Source: Clostridia bacterium
GTDB lineage: Bacteria > Bacillota > Clostridia > Oscillospirales > CAG-272
DNA: 64,000 bases
Assembly: GCA_900768535.1 (NCBI GenBank)
Contig: CAAGDE010000026.1
Coordinates: 50,535 to 114,534 of the forward strand
Direction of reading: 5' to 3'
Part shown: piece by piece, positions 1 to 8,218 of the stretch
How positions within the stretch are numbered: position 1 is the stretch's first letter
Layout of the letters: each line of letters opens with the position of its first letter
Translations under genes and position numbers: made by a program
The notes under the pieces: model-generated
Told to the model about the DNA's origin: nothing
The model's input: only the letters and a program-made list of their open reading frames with translations
Database searches by the model: none

Positions 1-42
1 AAGGAGGACACCGCACAGCCGCACAATCCGTTCCCGCTTCAT
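1..42 (-). CDS. 5' end of an unidentified gene running off the window (MKRERIVRLCGVLL...)
   Basis: ATG at 42-40 with GGAGGGAGGGG about 6 nt upstream, 18 nt after the mutS2 stop. Only 14 codons are visible. Confidence 0.3.
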   Translation of the reverse strand, partial: MKRERIVRLCGVLL

Positions 43-60
43 GTGTGTCCCCTCCCTCCG

Positions 61-2448
61 TTATTTCAGTTCCACCACCGTCACGCCGCCGTCACCCTCT
101 CCGTACTGTCCCAGCCGGAAGTCCCTGACGCGTTTGTCCTTTTTCAGGTGCTGCCAAAGCGCGTTTTTCAAGGCACCGGTGCCCTTTCCGTGAATCAGGC
201 GGACCTTTCCGAAGCCGGCAACCGTTGCCTCGTCCAGATATTTGTCCACCTCCTGCCAGCCCTCGTCACCCATCAGACCGCGCAGATCGATCTCATCGCG
301 GAAATCGCGGTTGACCTCCACCCGGTAGCCGGCGGCGGGCGCGTGCCTGCCCTCCCGGACGATCTGCGGGGCATCGTCCAGCAGCTGCAGGTTCTCCTGT
401 TTGGTGCGGGTCTTGAGAATGCCTGCCTGCACCAGGACGTTTCCGCTCCTGTCCGGCAGTTCCAGCACCGTTCCCTCACTGCCGACATTGACCAGGTACA
501 CCCGGTCGCCCTTCCGGAGCGGTCGCGGCAGGACGTATTTCTCATCCTGCTTCCGCTCCTCCACCGGGTTGACCGCGTCGGCGTTCTTCCGCAGCTCTGC
601 CCGCACCGCGCGCCGTGCCTCGTCCAAGCCCTCGCGCAGCCGATCCTTTTCCTGTGCCTTCTTCGCCTTTTCCAGCTGCGCAAAGATGAAATCACTGGAG
701 GCTTTGGCGCTGTCCAGCATCTGCTGTGCTTTTTTCTGCTTCTGTTCGATCTCCCGCATGGCATCCTTACGCATCCGGGACAGCTCCGCCTCGGTTTCGG
801 CGCGCCTGTGCTCGTACTCGGTGCGCAGGCGCTCTGCCTCGGCACGGTTGCGGTCTGCCTCCAGGCGCGACTGCTCCAGCCTGCCGATGACCTCCTCGAA
901 CTGCCTGTGATCGGTGCTGACGTGCTGCCGTGCCAGCTCGATGATCTCATGCGGCAGTCCCAGCTTTTCGGAAATGGCAAACGCATTGGATTTTCCCGGC
1001 GTGCCGATGATCAGCCGATAGGTCGGCTTGAGCGTTGCCACATCGAATTCGCAGGAGGCGTTCTGCACCCCCGGCGTATTGAGCGCGTAGGTTTTCAGCT
1101 CGGTATAGTGCGTTGTCGCCACGCACATGGCGCCCGCCCGGCGGACCGATTCGATTACCGCCACCGCCAGCGCCGCGCCCTCCACCGGGTCGGTTCCCGC
1201 GCCAAGCTCGTCAAACAGGCAGAGCGACCGGTCATCGACCTGCTTCATGATCGACACGATGTTGACCATATGCGAGGAGAAGGTGGACAGCGACTGCTCG
1301 ATGCTCTGCTCGTCCCCGATATCCACGAGGATGCTCCGAAACACGCGCACCGACGAATCCGGATCTGCGGGAATGTGCAGTCCCGCCTGCGCCATGATGG
1401 AAAACAGCCCCAGCGTTTTGAGCGTCACGGTCTTACCGCCGGTGTTCGGTCCCGTGATAATCAGCGTGTCACAGCCGTCGCCCATGCGGATATCGGTCGG
1501 GACAACCGTCTCCTTCGGGATCAGCGGATGCCGTGCCCGGCGCAGATTGATCGCTCCGTCCTCGGTGATCTGCGGTGCGGCGCCGTTGATGCGGGACGAA
1601 AACTCCCCGCAGGCGAACCGGAACGCAAGCTCGGTGATGTTGAGGTAATCCAGCCGCAGGGATTCGGACGCCGTACTGACATCCGCCGACAGCGCAAACA
1701 GAATCCGCTCGATTTCATGCTCCTCCTTGGATTGGAGCATCCGCAATTCGTTGTTCGCCTCCACAACCGCCATCGGTTCGACAAAGATGGTGGCGCCGGA
1801 GGAGGAGGTGTCGTGAATCAGCCCCTTGATCTCGTTCTTGCATTCCGCCTTGACCGGCACGACATAGCGCCCGTTCCGCGTGGTCACCAGATTCTCCTGG
1901 AGCGCCTTGGAATAGGAGCCGCTGATATAGTGCTGCAGGGTCTCCTTGATGCGGTTGTTGGTGTCGCGGATCTTACGGCGCAGCTCGGCAAGCTCGTGGC
2001 TTGCTTCATCGGCAATCATGTCCTCGGACAGGACGGAACGCGTAATCCGCTCCTCCAGCGTCCGGTTGCAGAGCAGTCTGCCGAAGATTTCGTCCAAGGA
2101 GGTCGCGAAAGTCCGGTTGGTTTTGTTATAATCGGTCAGCGCCCTGGCGGAACGGAGCAGGCGCGCCACGTCCAGCAGCTCGCGCGTGGAGAGCATGGCG
2201 CCCTTTTCGGCACGTTCGCAGGCGCCGGAGACGTCCCGCACGCTCCCGAACGGCGGCATTCCCTTGGCGTCCGTCAGTCTGCGGGCGTCGGTCGTCTGCT
2301 CCAGCCGGCGGGCTATGATCACCGGGTCATCGGAAGGGGTCAGGCACCGACACATCCCCTTTGCGCCCTCGGTTGCCGCGCAGGATGCAAGCAGATCGCG
2401 GATTTTGTCGAATTCCAGTGTGGTCAGGGTCTTTTCGGAAAAGCTCAT
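61..2448 (-). CDS. mutS2: Endonuclease MutS2 (MutS domain V ATPase plus C-terminal Smr domain)
   Basis: 795-aa ORF with Walker A GPNTGGKT and a C-terminal Smr-like LIHGKGTGALK. Length is typical of MutS2. Confidence 0.95.
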   Translation of the reverse strand: MSFSEKTLTTLEFDKIRDLLASCAATEGAKGMCRCLTPSDDPVIIARRLEQTTDARRLTDAKGMPPFGSVRDVSGACERAEKGAMLSTRELLDVARLLRSARALTDYNKTNRTFATSLDEIFGRLLCNRTLEERITRSVLSEDMIADEASHELAELRRKIRDTNNRIKETLQHYISGSYSKALQENLVTTRNGRYVVPVKAECKNEIKGLIHDTSSSGATIFVEPMAVVEANNELRMLQSKEEHEIERILFALSADVSTASESLRLDYLNITELAFRFACGEFSSRINGAAPQITEDGAINLRRARHPLIPKETVVPTDIRMGDGCDTLIITGPNTGGKTVTLKTLGLFSIMAQAGLHIPADPDSSVRVFRSILVDIGDEQSIEQSLSTFSSHMVNIVSIMKQVDDRSLCLFDELGAGTDPVEGAALAVAVIESVRRAGAMCVATTHYTELKTYALNTPGVQNASCEFDVATLKPTYRLIIGTPGKSNAFAISEKLGLPHEIIELARQHVSTDHRQFEEVIGRLEQSRLEADRNRAEAERLRTEYEHRRAETEAELSRMRKDAMREIEQKQKKAQQMLDSAKASSDFIFAQLEKAKKAQEKDRLREGLDEARRAVRAELRKNADAVNPVEERKQDEKYVLPRPLRKGDRVYLVNVGSEGTVLELPDRSGNVLVQAGILKTRTKQENLQLLDDAPQIVREGRHAPAAGYRVEVNRDFRDEIDLRGLMGDEGWQEVDKYLDEATVAGFGKVRLIHGKGTGALKNALWQHLKKDKRVRDFRLGQYGEGDGGVTVVELK

Positions 2449-3260
2449 GTCTGATTCTGCCTCCGCATGGTGTGATAAAAATTCAGCGCTTCAAAGCCGT
2501 GCCCGACGTGGGAGAGGATGTACGTCTCCGCCGCCTTTGCAAAAGCCGCAAGGTCTGCGGGATCCTTCAGTTCGAACGAAAGGATACGCTCCAGGGGTGC
2601 CGTCCTGCAGTAGCGGAATGCCGCCGTGACCGCCGGGGAGAGGATGCAGATAATCTCCGCCTCTCTCGGATCGTCCGCATACGGGTCGGCGGACGGCACA
2701 GTCTTCTGCCGGTGCGTCCAGCAGTCCCGGCACCACAGGGCACCGTTCATCACGTCCAGATAAAACGGGTCGGAATCCCGCACGCCGCATCCGGAACATC
2801 CGGACAGCCCCGGCTCATATCCGGACAGCACTGCCGCACGGATTTCAAACGCGCCCTTGACCTGCTCCGGGGGACGGATGCCATAGGCGATTGCGTGCAG
2901 GGCGTTGAGCAGGAGCCGGAGCATTTCCCCCGCTTCCTCTCCCTCGTCCGTCAGCTCGCAGGTCAGCTCGCAGAGGTATGCGGCAAGGTTCATCCGATCC
3001 ATGTCCATGGTCAGACCGTAAAACGGCTGGTATGCGGTGCCGTCCTTGAGAATATAACGGATTCCCCGGCGGTAAAACTCAAAATTGCCGTAGGTATACA
3101 GCTGGCTGACCGACAGCTGGGTGGAGCGGATGGCGCGGCTCCCCTTGGAAAGAATGGTAATCCGTCCCTTTTCGGCGGTCAGGACCGACAGATAGCGGTC
3201 ATTTTCTCCCGCGTCCCAAACGCGCACCACCACGCCGTCTATGGATTCATGTACCGCCAT
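2445..3260 (-). CDS. recO: DNA repair protein RecO
   Basis: RecO-like N-terminal OB region (VVRVWDAGENDRYLSVLTAEKGRI) and a Cys-rich Zn module (CSGCG...CRDC). AAGGAGG lies 6 nt upstream of the ATG at 3260. The ORF-track extension to 3356 runs into a repeat and is not credible. Confidence 0.9.
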   Translation of the reverse strand: MAVHESIDGVVVRVWDAGENDRYLSVLTAEKGRITILSKGSRAIRSTQLSVSQLYTYGNFEFYRRGIRYILKDGTAYQPFYGLTMDMDRMNLAAYLCELTCELTDEGEEAGEMLRLLLNALHAIAYGIRPPEQVKGAFEIRAAVLSGYEPGLSGCSGCGVRDSDPFYLDVMNGALWCRDCWTHRQKTVPSADPYADDPREAEIICILSPAVTAAFRYCRTAPLERILSFELKDPADLAAFAKAAETYILSHVGHGFEALNFYHTMRRQNQT

Positions 3261-3280
3261 GGGCTCCTCCTTTAAGGGTA

Positions 3281-3350
3281 AGACCTTGAGACGCTGTCTC
3301 AAACTCTGCTTAGCCCCTTCTTGTAAGAAGGGGCTAAGAACACCAAGAAC
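3281..3350 (-). repeat. Intercistronic element A, copy 1 (two hairpins directly upstream of the recO RBS)
   Basis: About 70 nt, near-identical to 38134-38203. Hairpins are GAGAC-N3-GTCTC and CTTAGCCCCTTCTT/AAGAAGGGGCTAAG. Confidence 0.8.
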
Positions 3351-3402
3351 TTTCACTGCAGGGATTTTTTTACGAAAATCAGGGGGTATTTTGTGCTTTA
3401 TT

Positions 3403-3646
3403 GGGAAGCATTACGTGACTACGTTCGCCGATTTCGCCCTCATCCGGCGCTGGCGCACCACCTTCCCCACCCAGGGGGAAGGCTACTGCGGCAGTCCATA
3501 ATTGATTGGGACAGCGCCGATTGATAAGTGGAATTGAGAAGTAGGACATAAAAAACTTTGTACAGCCGAAAGAAGCCTTCCCCCGGGTGGGGAAGGTGGC
3601 GCGCCAGCGCCGGATGAGGGCGAAATCGGCGAGCGCAACCACGTAA
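3403..3646. repeat. Nested-palindrome repeat unit B (about 80-nt inverted arms around a roughly 90-nt spacer)
   Basis: Arm 3403-3484 is the reverse complement of 3574-3646. The whole unit, spacer included, recurs at 31418-31650. Confidence 0.85.
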
Positions 3647-3660
3647 CACAACCATCCACC

Positions 3661-3732
3661 GTAGCAGCCTTCCCCTTCGAGGGGGAAGGTGGCGCCGCAG
3701 GCGACGGATGAGGGCGAAACGGGCGAGCGCGC
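3661..3732. repeat. Solo, more divergent arm of repeat family B
   Basis: GCCTTCCCCTTCGAGGGGGAAGGTGGCGCC...GGATGAGGGCGAAAC aligns to the right arms at 3574-3646 and 31587-31650. Confidence 0.7.
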
Positions 3733-3775
3733 CATCGAAATTTCCACACCGATTCTGCCATCGACTGCATTTATA

Positions 3776-4657
3776 TTACTGCCTGTATCCGAAATCGCTG
3801 ATTCCGCGGGCACTGTCGCGCCAGTTTTCCTTGACCTTTACCCACAGGTTGAGGTAGACCTTGGTTCCGGTCAGGGCTTCGAGATCCTGCCGGGCATAGG
3901 AGCCGATGCGCTTGAGCGTTTCGCCGTTCTTGCCGACCAGGATCCCCTTGTGGGACTCCTTTTCGCAGAAGATCTCCGCGCGGATGCGGGTCAGGCTGTC
4001 CTCTTCCTTGTATTCCTCAATGACAACCGCAATGCCGTGCGGGATTTCGCGGTCAACGGTGCGCAGAATCTTTTCCCGGATGATTTCGGACGCAAGCTGG
4101 CGCTGGGTCTGATCGGTGATCATATCCTCCTCAAAGATCCAGTCGCCCTCGTGCATAAAGTGCCGGCATTCGTCCAGCAGCTCGTCCACGTTCTTTCCGT
4201 TTTTTGCGGAGATCGGCACCACTGCCGCAAAGTCGTGGAGCGCCGCATATGCCGCAATGGTTTCCGCAATCTGCTCCCGGCGGCAGAGATCGACCTTGTT
4301 CAGCGCCAGGATTGCCGGAATCTCCGCGCGCTTGAGCCGGTCAATGACCCGCTCCTCCACATCGCCGGGACGAAACGCCGCATCCGCCACCAGAATGACC
4401 GCATCTCCGTCCTGCATGGAGCCGGTGGCAACCTTGACCATATAATCGCCGAGCGAATTTCTGGCGTTGAAGATGCCGGGCGTGTCGATGAAAACGAACT
4501 GATCCTCTCCGCGCGTTTCAATGCCGAGAATGCGCCCGCGTGTGGTCTGCGGCTTGGAGGACACAATGGCGATTTTCTCGCCGAGGATGTTGTTCAGAAG
4601 GGTCGATTTCCCGACATTCGGGCGACCGACGATTGCAAAAAAGCCTGTACGTTTCAT
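3776..4657 (-). CDS. era: GTPase Era
   Basis: G1 GRPNVGKST, G3 DTPG, G4 NKVD and a C-terminal KH-like region. The start is placed at MKRTGF, with AAGGA upstream. Confidence 0.93.
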   Translation of the reverse strand: MKRTGFFAIVGRPNVGKSTLLNNILGEKIAIVSSKPQTTRGRILGIETRGEDQFVFIDTPGIFNARNSLGDYMVKVATGSMQDGDAVILVADAAFRPGDVEERVIDRLKRAEIPAILALNKVDLCRREQIAETIAAYAALHDFAAVVPISAKNGKNVDELLDECRHFMHEGDWIFEEDMITDQTQRQLASEIIREKILRTVDREIPHGIAVVIEEYKEEDSLTRIRAEIFCEKESHKGILVGKNGETLKRIGSYARQDLEALTGTKVYLNLWVKVKENWRDSARGISDFGYRQ

Positions 4658-4673
4658 GTGATTGTCCTGTTCC

Positions 4674-5120
4674 TTATTTTCCGAAGAATCCATTCGGATC
4701 CGATTGTTTGTCCAGAAGATCCAGCCGCTTGTCCGTTTGCACGTCCGTGACCTCGCAGAACGTGATTCTGCCGCTTGCACGATCCTCATACGCCAGAAAA
4801 ATGTAATGCCCGAACTGCGTGCTGAAGGTGTTTCCCCGATCCCCCTCGTTCCAGGTTCCGCGGTAGGTACGCAGGCGGGTCATGGTCAGGAGCGTCGGAT
4901 CGTGGGCAAAGTCGATCATATTCTCCACCGACAGCTCCGGCAGCGCCTCGGACTGTTTTTTTTCGGCGCAGTCGCGGATGCGGAAGAAGCTGAGGGGACC
5001 GAAAAAGGCAAAAAAGACGACCATACAGACAAAAAAGGTGATGACCTTGACATTCCTGCCCGCAAAGCCCTCCGGACGGACTGCCTCGCCGTCAGCCGGA
5101 CGTTTTTCTCCCGGGTTCAT
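4674..5120 (-). CDS. Hypothetical single-pass membrane protein
   Basis: 148-aa ORF with one hydrophobic helix (VITFFVCMVVFFAFFGPLSFF). Packed between ybeY and era with a 4-nt overlap to ybeY. No recognisable family. Confidence 0.55.
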   Translation of the reverse strand: MNPGEKRPADGEAVRPEGFAGRNVKVITFFVCMVVFFAFFGPLSFFRIRDCAEKKQSEALPELSVENMIDFAHDPTLLTMTRLRTYRGTWNEGDRGNTFSTQFGHYIFLAYEDRASGRITFCEVTDVQTDKRLDLLDKQSDPNGFFGK

Positions 5121-5620
5121 TGCGCACCGCCGACCGACAGTCCCATCCGATCCAGAATCTCGCGCTGGCGCCGCCGCATATCGGCTTCCTCCTCTCCGCC
5201 CGCCTCATGGTCGTACCCCAGCAGATGGAGCATGGAATGCACGGTCAGGAACGCCGCCTCGCGTTCGAAGCTGTGACCGTATTCTTCCGCCTGCAGCTTT
5301 GCCTGCTCCAGGGAGATGACAATGTCGCCCAGCATTCCCACCAGCTCGTCCACCGGCGGCTCGTCGCTCTCCCCCTCGTAGTCGAACAGCGGGAAGGACA
5401 GCACGTCGGTCGCGCGGTCGATGCTCCGGAATTTCCGGTTCAGCTCCCGGATGCCGGCATTGTCGGTAAAGGTGACCGACACCTCGACCGGATTTTCGTA
5501 CTGCTCGTAGTCCAGCGTGGCTTCCACCGCGTGCCGGACCAGCATTTTCAGCTTGTAGCTGACCGGCAGAGCCGTCTGTTTGTTCTCAAAATCGATCTTG
5601 CAAAGCATTTTGCGTTCCAT
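5117..5620 (-). CDS. ybeY: rRNA maturation endoribonuclease YbeY
   Basis: Zn motif HSMLHLLGYDH. The start at MERKML has a GGAAAGGAAA RBS. The ORF-track 5' extension overlaps phoH. Confidence 0.9.
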   Translation of the reverse strand: MERKMLCKIDFENKQTALPVSYKLKMLVRHAVEATLDYEQYENPVEVSVTFTDNAGIRELNRKFRSIDRATDVLSFPLFDYEGESDEPPVDELVGMLGDIVISLEQAKLQAEEYGHSFEREAAFLTVHSMLHLLGYDHEAGGEEEADMRRRQREILDRMGLSVGGAQ

Positions 5621-5621
5621 A

Positions 5622-6680
5622 TCAATCCGTTTCCTTTCCGTGCCGCTCCGTCCGCCTGACCGCCCGGAACCGCTCCCCCGCCTTTTCGCGGTCGCTTTTT
5701 TCTTTCCTGATCTGTTCGCGGTCATACCGCTCGTATGCCTGAATGATCTTCTGCACCAGCCGGTGGCGCACCACATCGCGCTCGGTGAAATAGTGAATGC
5801 CGATGTCCCCAATGCCGGAGAGAATCTTCACCGCCGCCGCAAGTCCGCTCTTCTGCCCGCGCGGCAGGTCGGTCTGCGTCAGGTCGCCCGTTACCACCAC
5901 CTTGGAGTTGAAGCCGAGGCGCGTGAGGAACATTTTCATCTGCTCCGGCGTGGCATTCTGCGCCTCGTCGAGAATGATGAAGGAATCGTCCAGCGTTCTG
6001 CCCCTCATGTATGCAAGCGGGGCAATCTCAATCACGCCCTTTTCCACCTGCTTCTGATAGTTCTCCACGCCCATCATTTCGTACAGTGCGTCATACAGCG
6101 GGCGCAGGTAGGGGTCGATTTTGCTTTGCAGGTCGCCCGGCAGGAAGCCCAGCTTTTCCCCGGCTTCAATGGCGGGTCTTGTCAGAATGACGCGGCTGAC
6201 CTGCTTTTCGCGGAGCGCCCGCACTGCCATGGCAACCGCCAGGAAGGTCTTTCCCGTGCCCGCAGGACCGACGCCCAGGACGATGGTGTTCTTCCGGATG
6301 CTGTCCACATACTGCCGCTGTCCCACGGTTTTTGCTTTGATGGGCTTTCCCTTTGCCGTGACGCAGATGCAGGCATCTCCCAGCGCCTCCAGCTCCGCGC
6401 CCTGTCCCGCCGTCACCATATCCATGGCATACTGCACCGACTGCTCGCTGAGCTCATCGGTCTTGCCGCAAAGCTCGTGCAGATAGGCAATGCACTGCGC
6501 GGCGGCATTGACGGCATCCGCGCTCTCCCCTTCAATAACGATCGCGTCTCCGCTGTCCCCTGCCCGGTTCCGCACCGTGACGTCGAACTGCTCCTCGATC
6601 ATCCTTGCATTCCGGTCGAAGCCGCCGAAGATCTTTGCGGTCGCGTCCGGATGCTCCATATTCAGAATTCTACGGTTCAT
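5622..6680 (-). CDS. phoH: PhoH-like ATPase
   Basis: Walker A GPAGTGKT and the PhoH signature LGFLPGD. Conserved yqfD-phoH-ybeY order. Confidence 0.93.
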   Translation of the reverse strand: MNRRILNMEHPDATAKIFGGFDRNARMIEEQFDVTVRNRAGDSGDAIVIEGESADAVNAAAQCIAYLHELCGKTDELSEQSVQYAMDMVTAGQGAELEALGDACICVTAKGKPIKAKTVGQRQYVDSIRKNTIVLGVGPAGTGKTFLAVAMAVRALREKQVSRVILTRPAIEAGEKLGFLPGDLQSKIDPYLRPLYDALYEMMGVENYQKQVEKGVIEIAPLAYMRGRTLDDSFIILDEAQNATPEQMKMFLTRLGFNSKVVVTGDLTQTDLPRGQKSGLAAAVKILSGIGDIGIHYFTERDVVRHRLVQKIIQAYERYDREQIRKEKSDREKAGERFRAVRRTERHGKETD

Positions 6681-6698
6681 CTGTATCCTTTCCGTTCC

Positions 6699-7865
6699 TC
6701 AGTCTGTCACATCAAATTCGACCTGCTCCGCGATGTCCTCAATACACAGAACCGTGCATTCCAGGATGACCTTCTCATCGGTCAGGGTCATAACGGTCGT
6801 GCGGGAGAGCAGCTGCGCGTTTTCGGCAAGTGCACGGAGCTCCGCCTCCAGCCGGTCATACGCCAGCGTGGCGGCTTCCGTCTGCGTCCGCTCCACCGGC
6901 TCCTCCCGCCACAGTCTGCGGAGCTGTTTCCGGAAGGATAGCGGCAGATTGCGCAGGAAGGGCAGATCGGGATGTGTTTCCGTTTCTATTATATCACAAC
7001 TGACTGCCTCATTTCCAGTGTTTTCTGAAATTTTTCCCGTAAAAGCGAAAAAATTCAACCACACGTCACCTTTTTCCGTGGCATAATAGACCTTTTCGGT
7101 GTCCTGCAGGGGGATTTCCACCGTCAACTGATGCTCTGTCCTTGCCGTCACCCGTCCTGCGGCACGGGTAAAGCGGCATCCGATGTTCTCATTTTCGAAA
7201 ATACCGCTGACCAGCAGGTCCCCGCGGCGGACCGCCTGCCCCGCCCGAACCACCGGATTGCCGCGGAACAGCTCAACCGTCTCAATCTGTCCGTCCGTCC
7301 GCGCGACAAGGTCTGCCGGGCGCAGCTGCTCCTCCCTGGGCGGCTTCACCTTTCTCTCCAGCACCTGCACCTTTGCAACCGTTCCCTCCATGTGAATCGA
7401 AATCCACGCAAGCCGGTCGGAGGCAAGCAGGACCCGGTTCTCCACTTCGCCCGCCGAAAAGCCGGGGAGATAGGAGCCGACGCCGAATCCGCTCTCCCCC
7501 AGCACCGCCGTCACCTCCGCCGCGCTCATCTCCCGGTTTCCCGTGACCCGGATATCCCACACGTACAGCCGGGAAACGATCAGAAGCACCAGTGCCAGCA
7601 CACCGCCCAGAATCAGACCGGGACGGCGCAGAATCCGTCCGGCAAGCAGAGGCAGTCCGCCGCGCCGCCCCTCGGAAAAGACCGCCTGCCCGCGCAGCCG
7701 GGGAAGGGATCGGGTGGCACAGAGCAGCCGGATCCCGCCCTCCGGATCGGTGTCAACTGCGGAAAACGGCAGATCGAGCCGCAGGAACGCGTCCAGCAGT
7801 CCGGCGGCGTGCTCCGCATCGGCGGAAAGCTCCGTATATCCGGAAAGAAAGAGAATCGGATTCAT
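6699..7865 (-). CDS. yqfD: Sporulation protein YqfD
   Basis: 388 aa with a central TM segment. Positioned yqfC-yqfD-phoH as in Bacillus and Clostridia. Confidence 0.8.
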   Translation of the reverse strand: MNPILFLSGYTELSADAEHAAGLLDAFLRLDLPFSAVDTDPEGGIRLLCATRSLPRLRGQAVFSEGRRGGLPLLAGRILRRPGLILGGVLALVLLIVSRLYVWDIRVTGNREMSAAEVTAVLGESGFGVGSYLPGFSAGEVENRVLLASDRLAWISIHMEGTVAKVQVLERKVKPPREEQLRPADLVARTDGQIETVELFRGNPVVRAGQAVRRGDLLVSGIFENENIGCRFTRAAGRVTARTEHQLTVEIPLQDTEKVYYATEKGDVWLNFFAFTGKISENTGNEAVSCDIIETETHPDLPFLRNLPLSFRKQLRRLWREEPVERTQTEAATLAYDRLEAELRALAENAQLLSRTTVMTLTDEKVILECTVLCIEDIAEQVEFDVTD

Positions 7866-8143
7866 CCCTTCACCCCCTCCGGCTCCTCAAAGGTCACCGA
7901 GCGGATCCTCCCCGTCAGCGTGGCGCACGCACAGGAAAAGGACACGCAGACAAGACCCTCTCCCCGCACCGCAAGCACCGATTTTTTCAGCTTCAGGCGG
8001 ATGCACACCGAGGTGTAGGTCAGAATCCGCCGGCATCCCTGCGCCGCCACGCGCTCCTGCCCCCACACCGTCACGCTTTCCCCGTACGGAAAGATGCTCC
8101 GCGCCTCCGCCGCCGCGCGCGGCTTTCGTTTTTTGTTTTCCAT
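7862..8143 (-). CDS. yqfC: Sporulation protein YqfC
   Basis: 93-aa ORF with a 4-nt overlap to yqfD. YqfC-like size and position. Confidence 0.7.
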   Translation of the reverse strand: MENKKRKPRAAAEARSIFPYGESVTVWGQERVAAQGCRRILTYTSVCIRLKLKKSVLAVRGEGLVCVSFSCACATLTGRIRSVTFEEPEGVKG

Positions 8144-8218
8144 TCCGCCTCCCCCGGCATAATCCCCGCCGCAGATTCATAGTTTATACCACCATTCTAT
8201 GCGTGGGAGGACGCAACC

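Noticed and set aside
43-2454. 803-aa ORF on the plus strand covering the whole mutS2 locus.
   Set aside because: It is exactly antisense to a gene with unambiguous MutS2 motifs. The peptide is Arg/Gly/Pro/Leu-rich low-information sequence with no RBS. This is the typical mirror ORF of GC-rich DNA.
3379-3813. Short ORFs across the repeat clusters (3379-3813, 3440-3655, 3483-3770, 31391-31576, 31536-31739, 31600-32124) sharing the peptide FALIRRWRATFPTRGKA.
   Set aside because: The shared peptide is simply the translation of the inverted repeat arms. It appears on both strands and in several frames with no RBS, so it is repeat DNA and not a protein family.
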